DNA of 64,000 nucleotides from Deltaproteobacteria bacterium HGW-Deltaproteobacteria-2 (GTDB taxonomy: Bacteria > Desulfobacterota > Syntrophia > Syntrophales > Smithellaceae). The stretch lies in the NCBI GenBank assembly GCA_002840505.1, contig PHBC01000001.1, positions 703,738 to 767,737 on the forward strand, written 5' to 3'. This document shows, one piece after another, positions 28,827-38,509 of this stretch. Position 1 is the stretch's first letter; every line of letters begins with the position of its first letter. A program made the position numbers and the translations under genes. The notes beneath the pieces were generated by a model. It worked only from the letters and a program-made list of their open reading frames with translations. It did not search any database and was not told the DNA's origin.

Positions 28827-30413
28827 TTGAGTAAGCAACTGCAAAAAGAAATCGACCGCCGCCGCACATTCGGCATCATCAGCCATCCTGACGCGGGCAA
28901 AACCACGCTCACGGAAAAGCTTTTGCTTTTTGGCGGAGCCATTCAAATGGCCGGAGCGGTCAAAGCACGCAAAGCTTCCAAGCACGCTTTGAGCGACTGG
29001 ATGGCTATTGAGAAAGACCGCGGCATTTCCGTGACTTCGTCGGTCATGAAATTCGAATACGCGGACTGCGAAATAAATCTTCTGGACACGCCAGGCCATC
29101 AGGATTTTTCGGAAGACACTTACCGCGTGCTGACAGCAGTGGATAGCGCGCTCATGGTGATTGACGGCGCCAAAGGCGTGGAAACGCAAACCCAGAAACT
29201 TATGGAAGTCTGCCGCTTGCGTAACACTCCGATTATAACTTTTATCAACAAACTTGATCGCGATTGTCTGCCGCCACTGGACATTCTGGCGGATATCGAA
29301 GACAAACTGCAGATAGAATGCTCGCCGCTGTCCTGGCCTATAGGAATGGGCAAGCGTTTCAAAGGCGTTTACAATATGTACGATAAAAAACTGCATCTGT
29401 TCACGCCGGGGAAATCCAAACGTTCGGAAGGCGGAGTTGTCATCAATGATTTATCCGATCCGCTGCTTGATGAATTACTGGAGAGCCAGGCCTATGAACT
29501 GCGCGAAGAAGTCGCTCTTTTGGAAGGAGCGGCCAATCCATTTGATTTAAAAGAATATTTAAAAGCAGGCCAGACACCTGTTTTCTTCGGCAGTGCCATC
29601 AATAACTTCGGTGTCAAGGAATTGCTGGACGCCTTCGTGGAAATCGCTCCGCCGCCGGTCGCCCGTCCGACAACAACAAGAGAAGTATCTCCTGACGAAG
29701 ATGACTTCTCCGGTTTCGTTTTTAAAATTCAGGCCAATATGGATCCGGCGCATCGCGACCGTATAGCCTTCATGCGAATTTGTTCGGGACAATTCCAGCG
29801 CGGCATGAAAGTCATTCATCACCGTATCGGCAAGGAAGTATCTCTCGCCAACGCCACAATTTTTATGGCGCAGGACCGCACCAATGTCGAAGAGGCATAT
29901 CCCGGCGATATTATCGGCATCCACAATCACGGTACGATTAAAATCGGCGACACCTTCACACAGAAAGAACCGCTCAAGTTCACCGGCATTCCGCATTTCG
30001 CGCCGGAGCATTTCTGCCGTGTTCGGCTGAAAGACCCTCTGCGCATGAAGCATCTGCAGAAAGGATTGATTCAACTCTCCGAAGAAGGCGCCATTCAGGT
30101 TTTCAAACCTCTGTGGGGATCGGACAATATTCTGGGCGCGGTAGGCGCTCTGCAATTTGACGTGACGATGTCACGCCTTCAGGATGAATACAGCGTTTAT
30201 GCTGATTATGAAAAAACTGATTACGCCGCCGCCCGCTGGGTTACCTGCGACGACGCCAAAATAATGGAAGATTTTCAGAAGAAAAATCAAACCAACCTCG
30301 CGCTCGATACTGAAGGAAATCTTGTCTATCTGGCGCTAAGCGAATGGCGCCTTTCGCACACCATGGAAGAGTGGCCGAAAGTTAAATTCCTCAAGACGAT
30401 GGAAAAGAACTGA
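28827..30413 (+). CDS. prfC: peptide chain release factor 3
   Basis: [29 protein letters not shown] and [14 protein letters not shown] motifs, 528 aa, TTG start. Confidence 0.9.
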   Translation: MSKQLQKEIDRRRTFGIISHPDAGKTTLTEKLLLFGGAIQMAGAVKARKASKHALSDWMAIEKDRGISVTSSVMKFEYADCEINLLDTPGHQDFSEDTYRVLTAVDSALMVIDGAKGVETQTQKLMEVCRLRNTPIITFINKLDRDCLPPLDILADIEDKLQIECSPLSWPIGMGKRFKGVYNMYDKKLHLFTPGKSKRSEGGVVINDLSDPLLDELLESQAYELREEVALLEGAANPFDLKEYLKAGQTPVFFGSAINNFGVKELLDAFVEIAPPPVARPTTTREVSPDEDDFSGFVFKIQANMDPAHRDRIAFMRICSGQFQRGMKVIHHRIGKEVSLANATIFMAQDRTNVEEAYPGDIIGIHNHGTIKIGDTFTQKEPLKFTGIPHFAPEHFCRVRLKDPLRMKHLQKGLIQLSEEGAIQVFKPLWGSDNILGAVGALQFDVTMSRLQDEYSVYADYEKTDYAAARWVTCDDAKIMEDFQKKNQTNLALDTEGNLVYLALSEWRLSHTMEEWPKVKFLKTMEKN

Positions 30414-30443
30414 TCTCTGTTTTATTTCGAATCAAAATCAATA

Positions 30444-30471
30444 TTGAAATTATTATTCTAATCTGTATAAT
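30444..30471 (+). promoter_or_regulatory. sigma70-type promoter for the repeat-lipoprotein gene
   Basis: TTGAAA (30444-30449), 16-nt spacer, TATAAT (30466-30471). It ends 86 nt upstream of the ATG. Confidence 0.45.
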
Positions 30472-30557
30472 GCATTCCATTCTTTAAGCTATAAAGAATA
30501 ATTACCACCTTGTAACAAATCCATTAAGTAGCAGTAAAAATATTTGGGAGGCTGAAC

Positions 30558-31955
30558 ATGAAAGTCAGAGGAATAGTTGCATCATTACTTATTAGTCTGA
30601 TATTTGTCTTGATTTCCCTTGGAGGCTGCAGCGGAGGAGGAGACGAAGGCGCATCTGGTACTTCATCATCAAAAAAATGGACGCATCCGGCAAGCTTATC
30701 CGATAACATCAGCCCTGACGCACAGAATGCTGGATATCCTAGCGTAGCGATGGACAATAATGGTAATGCGATTATTGTCTGGCAGCAATCTGACGGTACC
30801 GGTTATGGCCTCAATACTCAGATATTCAAAAGTGAATATAGGAATGGCACATGGGCTAATCCTTCGAACCTTTCCGACAACATCAGCCCTGATGGCTCGC
30901 AGGTTCTTGCCCCAGAAGTGGCCATGGATAATAATGGAAATGCGATAATCGTTTGGATGCAGTATGATGGCGCCAATTATCAGGTTTTCAAAAGTGAATA
31001 CAGAAATGGCTCTTGGACTCATCCGGCAAATCTAGCTGATAACATCAGTCCCGATGGACAGGATGCTGAATTCCCCCATATAGCAATGGATAACAACGGC
31101 AATGCCATTATCGTCTGGGACCAGAATGGTGGCACATTTAAGAGCGAGTACAGAAATGGCTCTTGGATTCATCCGGCAAACTTATCTGACCATATAAACC
31201 CTGCTGGTGGTGGAGCTTATAATACTGAAGTGGCAATGGATAATGACGGCAATGCTATTATTGTTTGGGAAGAATCTGACGGTTTTGATTCTCAAATATT
31301 CAAAAGCGAATACAGAAACGGTTCTTGGATTCACCCGTCTAGTTTAACCGATAATATAAGCCCCGACGGCAGTGATGCTAGAGTTTCTCATGTAGCAATG
31401 GATAATGACGGCAATGCGATAATCGTGTGGATGCAATATGACGGCCCCAATTATCAAATTTTTAAAAGTGAATATAGAAATGGCATTTGGACACACCCCT
31501 CTAGTTTAACTAACAATATAAGCCTCGACGGGACTGATGCTGAATACCCCAACCTAGCAATGGATGACAACGGCAACGCTATTATTGTATGGAATCAATC
31601 TGATGGTACCAATAGTCAGACATTCAAAAGCGAATATAGAAATGGTAGCTGGACTCACCCGTCAAGTTTAACCGACAATATAAGCCCCGATGGATATGAT
31701 GTCTACCTATCGCCACATGTTTCTATGGATAACAACGGCAATGCTATTATCGTCTGGGATCAAAATGGCGGCACATTTAAAAGCGAGTACAGAAATGGTT
31801 CTTGGACTCATCCGGCAAATTTATCTGACCATATAAATCCTGGTGGTGGAGCTAACAATACAGAAGTGGCGATGGATAATAATGGTAACGCTATTATTGT
31901 GTGGTCTCAAGATGATGGCACCAATTATCAAATATTCAAAAGCGAATACCGCTGA
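30558..31955 (+). CDS. lipoprotein made of 8 tandem ~50-54-aa repeats (beta-propeller-like), family not recognised
   Basis: Lipobox LGGC, then a Gly/Ser linker. Eight repeats fill aa 41-465 exactly, with consensus W.HP..LSDNISPDG....P.VAMDNNGNAIIVW.Q.DG...QIFKSEYRNG. Confidence 0.8.
   Translation: MKVRGIVASLLISLIFVLISLGGCSGGGDEGASGTSSSKKWTHPASLSDNISPDAQNAGYPSVAMDNNGNAIIVWQQSDGTGYGLNTQIFKSEYRNGTWANPSNLSDNISPDGSQVLAPEVAMDNNGNAIIVWMQYDGANYQVFKSEYRNGSWTHPANLADNISPDGQDAEFPHIAMDNNGNAIIVWDQNGGTFKSEYRNGSWIHPANLSDHINPAGGGAYNTEVAMDNDGNAIIVWEESDGFDSQIFKSEYRNGSWIHPSSLTDNISPDGSDARVSHVAMDNDGNAIIVWMQYDGPNYQIFKSEYRNGIWTHPSSLTNNISLDGTDAEYPNLAMDDNGNAIIVWNQSDGTNSQTFKSEYRNGSWTHPSSLTDNISPDGYDVYLSPHVSMDNNGNAIIVWDQNGGTFKSEYRNGSWTHPANLSDHINPGGGANNTEVAMDNNGNAIIVWSQDDGTNYQIFKSEYR
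30678..31952 (+). repeat. 8 x ~150-174 bp in-frame tandem coding repeats with an internal 639-bp segmental duplication
   Basis: The repeat 3-4 block (from 31089) and the repeat 7-8 block (from 31728) are near-identical at DNA level. Both contain the shortened WDQNGGTFKSEY junction and the HINP.GGG variant. Confidence 0.8.
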
Positions 31956-31977
31956 TTAGTATTAAAGTTTTCATCCG

Positions 31978-32012
31978 GGCAGGAGATGAAAATATCCTGC
32001 CTTTAATAAAAA
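31978..32012 (+). terminator. candidate intrinsic terminator after the first repeat-lipoprotein gene
   Basis: GGCAGGA (31978-31984), 10-nt loop, TCCTGCC (31995-32001), then TTTAATAAAAAA. The U-tract is weak. Confidence 0.4.
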
Positions 32013-32048
32013 AGTTTATGCTCCAAGAATAAATTGGGGGGGCTGACC

Positions 32049-33671
32049 ATGAAAGCCAGAGGAATTATTTTATCATTAATTAGTATTCTGATATGCGCGT
32101 TGATGTTTCTTAGCGGATGCAGTGGTGGTGGAAGTGATTCGCCATCATCGACAAAAGCGATTACCGAATATTCTCTAAACGATATTGCCGGAACGATCAA
32201 TGAAACAGAGAAAACAATAGCAGTTACCGTGCCTGTTTCAACAGATCTATCGTCTTTAGTGGCGACATTTACCACAACCGGTACCAGCGTCAAAGTGGGT
32301 TCAGTCGATCAGAAAAGCGGAACGACGGCAAATAACTTTACCAATCAGGTAGTTTATACAGTAATAGCGGCAGATACTTCGACACAGGATTATATAGTAA
32401 CGGTAACCGTGGCACTATCATCGGAAAAAGCCATTACGGCATTTTCTCTGAATGGATCTGTCGGAGCGATCGATGAAACGAACAAGACTATAGCTGTAAC
32501 CATTCCTAGCGGCACATATCTAATGGATTTGGTGGCGACCTTTACAACGACCGGCGTCAGTGTCAAAGTTGGTTCAACCATTCAGGTAAGCGGGACAACG
32601 GCACATAACTTTACGTCGCCCGTGATATATAAGGTGACTGCGGCGGATGGAACAACCGTTACCTATACTGTTACAGTAACCCCTTGGTATCATCCGTCAA
32701 GTCTCTCCGATAACATCAGCCCCGATGGGCAGGATGCTTATTTCCCGCAAGTAGCGATGGACAACAAAGGCAATGCCGTCATTGTCTGGCAACAGTCCGA
32801 CGGATCCTATGATCAGATATTCAAAAGTGAGTATAGAAACGGCGTTTGGACTCACCCGTCAAGTCTCTCTGATAACATAAGTCCTGATGGACAGCATTGC
32901 CACTTGCCCCAGGTCACAATGGACAATAATGGCAATGCTTTAATCGTCTGGTATCAATCCGACGGCACTAATTTTCAGATATTCAAAAGCGAGTATAGGA
33001 AAGGCGTCTGGACTCATCCGACAAGCCTTTCCGACAGTATCAGCCTTGACGGTCAGACGGCCTACAATCCTCAAGTGGCGATGGATAACAACGGCAATGC
33101 TATTATTGTATGGCAACAGTCTGATGCCTCCATGTATCATGTTTATCATATATTCAAAAGCGAATACAGAAGCGCCATATGGAAGCATCCGACAAGTTTA
33201 TCCGACAATATAAGCCCCGACGGGCAGAGGGCTTGGAACCCTCAAGTGGCAATCGACAACAACGGCAATGCCATAATCGTCTGGTATCAATATGACGGTT
33301 CAACCGGCGCGTTTGAGGTATTTAAAAGCGAATACAGAAGCGGCGCATGGAAGCATCCGGCAAGCATTGCCGACCATATCAGCCCCGACGCAGTTAATTC
33401 ATTGAATGTCGTTCCACAGGTAGCGATGGACAATAACGGCAATACCATTATTGTATGGGGTCAAACTAACGGCGCCACGGAACAGGTATTTAAAAGCGAA
33501 TACAGAAGCGGCGTATGGAAGCATCCAGTAAACTTATCCGACAACATCAGTCCTGACGGAAAACCTGCATGGAATCCTCAAGCCGCAACAAACAATAACG
33601 GCAACGCTGTTGTTGTATGGTGGCAGTATGACGGTACCAATCATCAAATATTCAAAAGCGAATACCGCTGA
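32049..33671 (+). CDS. lipoprotein: 2 Ig-like modules + 6 copies of the same ~55-aa repeat (paralogue of 30558-31955)
   Basis: Start set at the ATG at 32049. Its upstream TTGGGGGGGCTGACC-ATGAAAGCCAGAGGAAT aligns with TTGGGAGGCTGAAC-ATGAAAGTCAGAGGAAT of the first gene. Lipobox LSGC. Both genes end in IFKSEYR*, followed by the identical TGATTAGTATTA. Confidence 0.8.
   Translation: MKARGIILSLISILICALMFLSGCSGGGSDSPSSTKAITEYSLNDIAGTINETEKTIAVTVPVSTDLSSLVATFTTTGTSVKVGSVDQKSGTTANNFTNQVVYTVIAADTSTQDYIVTVTVALSSEKAITAFSLNGSVGAIDETNKTIAVTIPSGTYLMDLVATFTTTGVSVKVGSTIQVSGTTAHNFTSPVIYKVTAADGTTVTYTVTVTPWYHPSSLSDNISPDGQDAYFPQVAMDNKGNAVIVWQQSDGSYDQIFKSEYRNGVWTHPSSLSDNISPDGQHCHLPQVTMDNNGNALIVWYQSDGTNFQIFKSEYRKGVWTHPTSLSDSISLDGQTAYNPQVAMDNNGNAIIVWQQSDASMYHVYHIFKSEYRSAIWKHPTSLSDNISPDGQRAWNPQVAIDNNGNAIIVWYQYDGSTGAFEVFKSEYRSGAWKHPASIADHISPDAVNSLNVVPQVAMDNNGNTIIVWGQTNGATEQVFKSEYRSGVWKHPVNLSDNISPDGKPAWNPQAATNNNGNAVVVWWQYDGTNHQIFKSEYR
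32685..33668 (+). repeat. 6 x ~165 bp in-frame tandem coding repeats
   Basis: The repeats run from W218 (track numbering) to the C-terminus, with the same consensus as in 30678-31952. Confidence 0.8.
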
Positions 33672-33683
33672 TTAGTATTATTG

Positions 33684-33715
33684 TTTTTACCCGAGGAGGG
33701 AGTAAAAATTTTCTA
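33684..33715 (+). terminator. candidate intrinsic terminator after the second repeat-lipoprotein gene
   Basis: TTTTTACCC...GGAGTAAAAA hairpin followed by TTTTCT. Confidence 0.4.
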
Positions 33716-33866
33716 CCCGATTTTTTTAATTGATGTTTTTATTAATTTAACGTAGTCACATTGGCGTAAGTAGTGATCCGAAAAAGAGGAGGCCGTTTAG
33801 CTTAACAGTTTCCGTTGTTTTTTCGGGGCATATGAAAACCAAAGCCCACACACAAGGAGATAAAAA

Positions 33867-34208
33867 ATGAGTAACGGCGGACCCAAAATAGCGGAGATTA
33901 AAATTGATCCCAACAACCTCTACAAGGAAGAAGCATTTACCGATCTGACTTTCGCCACAATCAGACGACTTACGCCCGTAAAGATTGACGGCTCGCCGGA
34001 CGAAAGCCGAGAACCTATTTTTACCGGCATGACCCAGCTTATGTCACCCAACGGTCCAATTCCTGTTCAATGCCTTATTGAAGGCGCAAAGACTCTTAGC
34101 GAAGCGGTGGATAAACTACCGGCAGCCATTGATAAAACTGTTCAGGCGATGATTGCCGAGGCTAGGGAAATGGAACGGCAAGAAGCATCGAAAATTATTG
34201 TTCCCTAA
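33867..34208 (+). CDS. hypothetical cytoplasmic protein (113 aa)
   Basis: Clean ORF with an AAGGAG SD 7 nt upstream. No family recognised. Confidence 0.6.
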   Translation: MSNGGPKIAEIKIDPNNLYKEEAFTDLTFATIRRLTPVKIDGSPDESREPIFTGMTQLMSPNGPIPVQCLIEGAKTLSEAVDKLPAAIDKTVQAMIAEAREMERQEASKIIVP

Positions 34209-34347
34209 TTCCAAGTTCCTTCTTCGGCTAACTTTGTTGGCATAGCCTGCCCCGGCGCAGGCCGGGGTCGGCTTCCTCGACGTATTAGTTATACGCCTGC
34301 GGAGCCTCCTCCTTGCCGCCGCGTTATCCTTTGAATGAAACTTGGAA
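34209..34347. repeat. 139-bp palindromic intergenic element
   Basis: TIRs are TTCCAAGTT (34209-34217) and AACTTGGAA (34339-34347). The internal module TTTGTTGGCATAGCCTGCCCCGGCGCAGGCCGGGGTCGGCTTCCTC is shared with 44466-44521. It starts right at the stop codon of the upstream gene. Confidence 0.6.
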
Positions 34348-34366
34348 TAAAGACTTTAAAATAATT

Positions 34367-34549
34367 TTATTTTAGTCTTTTATCCATTCCTACAAATCCG
34401 CAATCCGGTTGGTAGCAGGTCACGTTCAGAAATTCGCATTTTTGCTTACAGGAAGGGCATATTTCCGGCGGCTGAATTTCTACAACTGTATTGCCGCAAT
34501 TACTGCATTTCCAGGTATTTTCGGGAACGGGTGTTTTTTTGTCAGTCAT
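34367..34549 (-). CDS. rubredoxin-like zinc-ribbon protein (60 aa)
   Basis: Two CxxC knuckles (CSNCGN and CPSCKQ) 16 residues apart, plus further Cys residues. Confidence 0.55.
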   Translation of the reverse strand: MTDKKTPVPENTWKCSNCGNTVVEIQPPEICPSCKQKCEFLNVTCYQPDCGFVGMDKRLK

Positions 34550-34693
34550 TGCCGTATTTTCTCCTTATTGCTTTTTCATAAATCCAATGTAAAAATAACA
34601 AGATAGATATTTTTTCACTTACGTAACGAATGTACTTGATATTATACCTTACTTTCGGTAAACGAATATACTATTTTTATTCGGAGCAACGTA

Positions 34694-35098
34694 ATGCCGA
34701 AAAACACCAAAAAAAATGATCTGGCGGGATTGACTCTGTTGGGCAAACCTGCAAAACCTACGCGCAAGCTGGAGACATTTCCTAATCACAACGACAGCCG
34801 CGATTACGTGGTCACTCTGCAAACAGAAGAATTTACCTGCGTCTGCCCTAAGACAGGACAGCCTGATTTTGCTAAAATAAAAATCCAATACATACCGGAC
34901 AAGAAAATTATAGAATCCAAATCGTTGAAATTGTATCTTTGGTCTTTCCGCGATGAAGGCGTTTTCCACGAACATGTTACCAATATAATTCTTGATGATC
35001 TGATCGCTGCACTCAAACCCCGCTGGTGCAAGGTAAGCGCGGAGTTCGCCGTGCGGGGCGGTATCGGAATCACTGTTGATGCTGAATATAAAAAATAA
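34694..35098 (+). CDS. queF: NADPH-dependent 7-cyano-7-deazaguanine (preQ0) reductase, type I
   Basis: EFTCVCPKTGQPDFAKIKIQYIPDKKIIESKSLKLYLWSFRDEGVFHE contains the QueF motif and the catalytic Cys. Confidence 0.9.
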   Translation: MPKNTKKNDLAGLTLLGKPAKPTRKLETFPNHNDSRDYVVTLQTEEFTCVCPKTGQPDFAKIKIQYIPDKKIIESKSLKLYLWSFRDEGVFHEHVTNIILDDLIAALKPRWCKVSAEFAVRGGIGITVDAEYKK

Positions 35099-35122
35099 TC
35101 CCTTATAAGGAAAGGAAAATAA

Positions 35123-38100
35123 ATGGGAAAAAGAACAGATATAAAAAAGGTTTTGATTATCGGCTCCGGGCCTATTGTTATCGGTCAGGCTTGCGAATTC
35201 GATTACTCGGGAACCCAGGCCTGTAAGGCTTTGCGCAAACTCGGTTATAAAATAGTGCTGGTAAATTCTAACCCGGCGACAATCATGACCGATCCGGGCA
35301 TGGCTGATGTCACTTATATTGAACCTCTTAATTTACAGGCATTGACGGAAATAATCGAAAATGAAAAACCGGATGCGATCCTGCCAAACCTCGGAGGCCA
35401 GACCGGTCTTAATTTAACTTCCGAACTGCACCGCAAAGGCGTTTTAAAGAAACACGGGGTCAAGGTAATCGGCGTTCAGGTTGACGCCATCGAACGCGGC
35501 GAAGACAGAATCGCGTTTAAAGAAACCATGAACAAACTGGGCATCGAAATGCCGAAGAGCGAACCAGCCGTTACCGTGGAAGAAGCGGAAAAGATCGCCG
35601 CCAAGCTCGGCTATCCTGTCGTTATTCGTCCGGCCTACACCATGGGCGGAACAGGCGGCGGCATGGTTTATAACCTGGAAGAATTGCGCCTCATCGCCAG
35701 CCGCGGCATTTCGGCAAGTCTCATCGGACAGATCCTGGTGGAAGAATCGGTAATCGGATGGGAGGAACTGGAACTGGAAGTCGTCCGTGACGCGAAAAGC
35801 CAGATGATTACCGTCTGCTTTATTGAAAACGTTGACGCTATGGGAGTGCATACCGGCGATTCCTACTGCACAGCACCCATGCTGACCATTTCTCCCGAAC
35901 TGCAAAAACGACTGCAGAAATATTCTTACGACATTGTGGAAGCCATTCAGGTAATCGGCGGAACCAATGTCCAGTTCGCGCATGATCCCAAAACAGACCG
36001 CGTAGTGGTCATTGAAATCAATCCGCGCACTTCACGTTCTTCGGCGTTGGCATCGAAAGCTACAGGTTTTCCCATTGCGCTTATTTCTTCTATTCTCGCT
36101 TCCGGTGTGACGATGGATGAAATTCCTTACTGGCGCGACGGCTCTCTGGAAAAATACACGCCGTCAGGCGACTATGTCGTCGTGAAATTCTCCCGCTGGG
36201 ATTTTGAAAAATTCCCCGGCGCAGAAGACAAACTGGGCACGCAGATGCGCGCCGTCGGCGAAGTCATGAGTATCGGTAAAAATTATAAAGAAGCCTTTCA
36301 AAAATCCATCCGCTCTCTAGAGAAAAAACGCTACGGTTTGGGTTTCGTCAAGGACTTCAATACAAAATCGTTGGAAGAATTGTTGGAAATGCTTTCCGAA
36401 CCATCCAGCGAAAGACAATTCATTATGTATGAAGCTCTGCGCAAAGGAGCTTCAGTGGAAAATCTTTCCGCCAAAACATATATTAAAAAATATTTTATCG
36501 AACAGATGAAGCAACTGGTAGAACTGGAAGAAAAGATTCTTAAATACAGGAACAAGAAACTGCCCGATGATTTGCTGATTCAGGCGAAAAAAGACGGCTT
36601 TGCCGACCGTTACCTGGCGCAAATTCTGGAAAAGAAGGAAGATGAAATTCGCAAACAGCGCCTTTCCTTAGGAATGACTGAATGCTGGGAAGCAGTGCCA
36701 GTCAGCGGAGTAGAAAATGCGGCTTATTATTTTTCCACCTACAACGCGCCGGATACAGTTTCCGTAACCTCCAACCGCAAGATTATGGTTTTGGGCGGCG
36801 GACCTAACCGAATCGGACAGGGAATCGAATTCGATTATTGCTGCGTGCACGCAGCATTCGCCCTGCGCGACGAAGGAATCGAATCCATCATGGTCAATTG
36901 TAATCCGGAAACTGTTTCCACTGATTACGACACTTCCGACAAACTTTATTTTGAGCCGCTCACAGTGGAAGATGTTTTGAGTATTTACGAAAAAGAAAAA
37001 CCCGAAGGCGTTATCGTCCAATTCGGCGGACAGACTCCGCTCAATATCGCGGCGGATCTGGCAAAAGCCGGAGTAAATATTATCGGCACATCGCCCGAAA
37101 CTATCGACCTGGCGGAAGACCGCGACCGTTTCCGCAAAATGATGGATAAGCTGGGCATTCCCATGCCTAAATCCGGCATGGCCAGCAATCTGGAACAGGC
37201 GCTCAAAGTTGCGGGCGGCATCGGCTACCCCTTGATGGTTCGTCCCTCTTATGTATTAGGCGGACGCGGCATGGAAGTTGTGCATGATGAAGAAATGCTC
37301 AAACGTTATGTCAATGCGGCCGTCGGCGTCACACCGGATAGGCCGATTCTGATTGACAAGTTTCTGGAAAACGCCATCGAAGCCGAAGCCGACGCTATCT
37401 CGGACGGTACGGACGCCTTTGTTCCGGCAGTGATGGAACACATCGAGCTTGCCGGTGTCCATTCCGGTGACTCCGCCTGCGTTATTCCGCCGGTCAGCAT
37501 TCCCTTGCGCCATATAGACACAATTAATGAGTACACGAAAAAAATTGCTGTAGAGTTCGGCGTAGTAGGATTGATGAATATTCAGTACGCTATTGCGAAT
37601 GACATCGTTTATATTCTGGAAGCCAATCCCCGCGCATCGCGCACGGTGCCTTTGGTCTCGAAGGTTTGCAATATTTCCATGGCTCGTCTGGCAACGCAAA
37701 TCATGCTGGGCAAAAAACTCAAAGACTTGAAACTGAAAAATAAAGTCTTCCACCATTTCGGTGTGAAGGAAGCGGTCTTCCCCTTCAATATGTATCCTGA
37801 AGTTGATCCAATTCTGGGACCGGAAATGCGCTCCACCGGTGAAGTTCTGGGACTTGCCGATTCCTTCGGCCTTGCTTATTACAAAGCCCAGGAAGCGACA
37901 CAACAGAATCTTCCTTCGGAAGGCACTGTTTTGATTACTGTGGAGGAAAAAGACAAGGGCGGCGTTCTGGAAGTCGCCCGCGCGTTTAAGAAAATCGGTT
38001 TCAAGATCAGAGCTTCGGAAGGCACTTACAATTTCCTGAAAGACAATGGAATAGCTTCTGAGAAAATTCTAAAAATGCATGAAGGAAGACCCAATATTGT

Positions 38101-38323
38101 TGACGCCATCAAAAACGGCGAAATTCAACTGGTGATTAACACTCCGGCGGGACGCCTGAGCAAATACGACGATTCCTACATCCGCAAGGCGGCGATTAAA
38201 TACAAGATACCTTATATAACCACTATCGCGGCGGCGGTTGCCGCGGTGAAGGGCATTGCCGCGTTCCGCCAAGGGCATGGCCGTGCTAAATCTCTGCAAA
38301 GCTATCATGCGGAAATAAAGTAA
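35123..38323 (+). CDS. carB: carbamoyl-phosphate synthase large subunit
   Basis: 1066 aa with duplicated ATP-grasp halves, an IIGSGPIVIGQACEFDYSGTQA N-terminus, and a C-terminal MGS-like domain. There is no carA adjacent. Confidence 0.95.
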   Translation: MGKRTDIKKVLIIGSGPIVIGQACEFDYSGTQACKALRKLGYKIVLVNSNPATIMTDPGMADVTYIEPLNLQALTEIIENEKPDAILPNLGGQTGLNLTSELHRKGVLKKHGVKVIGVQVDAIERGEDRIAFKETMNKLGIEMPKSEPAVTVEEAEKIAAKLGYPVVIRPAYTMGGTGGGMVYNLEELRLIASRGISASLIGQILVEESVIGWEELELEVVRDAKSQMITVCFIENVDAMGVHTGDSYCTAPMLTISPELQKRLQKYSYDIVEAIQVIGGTNVQFAHDPKTDRVVVIEINPRTSRSSALASKATGFPIALISSILASGVTMDEIPYWRDGSLEKYTPSGDYVVVKFSRWDFEKFPGAEDKLGTQMRAVGEVMSIGKNYKEAFQKSIRSLEKKRYGLGFVKDFNTKSLEELLEMLSEPSSERQFIMYEALRKGASVENLSAKTYIKKYFIEQMKQLVELEEKILKYRNKKLPDDLLIQAKKDGFADRYLAQILEKKEDEIRKQRLSLGMTECWEAVPVSGVENAAYYFSTYNAPDTVSVTSNRKIMVLGGGPNRIGQGIEFDYCCVHAAFALRDEGIESIMVNCNPETVSTDYDTSDKLYFEPLTVEDVLSIYEKEKPEGVIVQFGGQTPLNIAADLAKAGVNIIGTSPETIDLAEDRDRFRKMMDKLGIPMPKSGMASNLEQALKVAGGIGYPLMVRPSYVLGGRGMEVVHDEEMLKRYVNAAVGVTPDRPILIDKFLENAIEAEADAISDGTDAFVPAVMEHIELAGVHSGDSACVIPPVSIPLRHIDTINEYTKKIAVEFGVVGLMNIQYAIANDIVYILEANPRASRTVPLVSKVCNISMARLATQIMLGKKLKDLKLKNKVFHHFGVKEAVFPFNMYPEVDPILGPEMRSTGEVLGLADSFGLAYYKAQEATQQNLPSEGTVLITVEEKDKGGVLEVARAFKKIGFKIRASEGTYNFLKDNGIASEKILKMHEGRPNIVDAIKNGEIQLVINTPAGRLSKYDDSYIRKAAIKYKIPYITTIAAAVAAVKGIAAFRQGHGRAKSLQSYHAEIK

Positions 38324-38334
38324 CGTAAAATTAT

Positions 38335-38364
38335 TGCCGGATTCCTGATTCCGGGAATCCGGCA
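38335..38364 (+). terminator. stem-loop downstream of carB (terminator candidate, no U-tract)
   Basis: TGCCGGATTCC (38335-38345), 8-nt loop, GGAATCCGGCA (38354-38364). It is followed by AAGTCTC, so it is not a classical intrinsic terminator. Confidence 0.3.
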
Positions 38365-38509
38365 AAGTCTCAAAATCACCTGATTTCAAAATCTAATATT
38401 CTCTTTTTATTTTTGCTGAAATAAAGTAAAATCATGTAAACGTTTCGAAAAAGCCAATTGGGCATATATTAAACCTTAGCCGTTAATTTACGACGAAAGA
38501 GAGATAATT

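Noticed and set aside
28821-30155. Long antisense ORFs 28821-29396(-), 29120-29362(-) and 29559-30155(-)
   Set aside because: They are fully contained in prfC, whose identity is certain. They are antisense shadows.
32034-32048. Upstream alternative starts proposed by the track: TTG 32034, 52024, 57882, 57611, 62567, 5340, 8093, 10659, 14592, 21635, 42340
   Set aside because: In each case an internal ATG has a better SD, or matches the conserved N-terminus of the family or the paralogue, or avoids overlap with the neighbouring gene.
30678-33668. Regular ~150-165-bp periodicity considered as a possible CRISPR-like or satellite array
   Set aside because: The repeats are in-frame and translate to a conserved protein repeat. 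There are no unique spacers, and the unit is far longer than CRISPR repeats.
34550-34693. A preQ1 riboswitch was expected upstream of queF
   Set aside because: I could not find the small hairpin plus the A-rich tail with the conserved CCC...TAAAAAACTA-like core. The region is AT-rich with no convincing structure.
35444-38389. Antisense ORFs within carB (for example 35444-35983 and 37256-37903)
   Set aside because: carB is a contiguous 1066-aa match to a universal enzyme. The antisense frames show no motifs.
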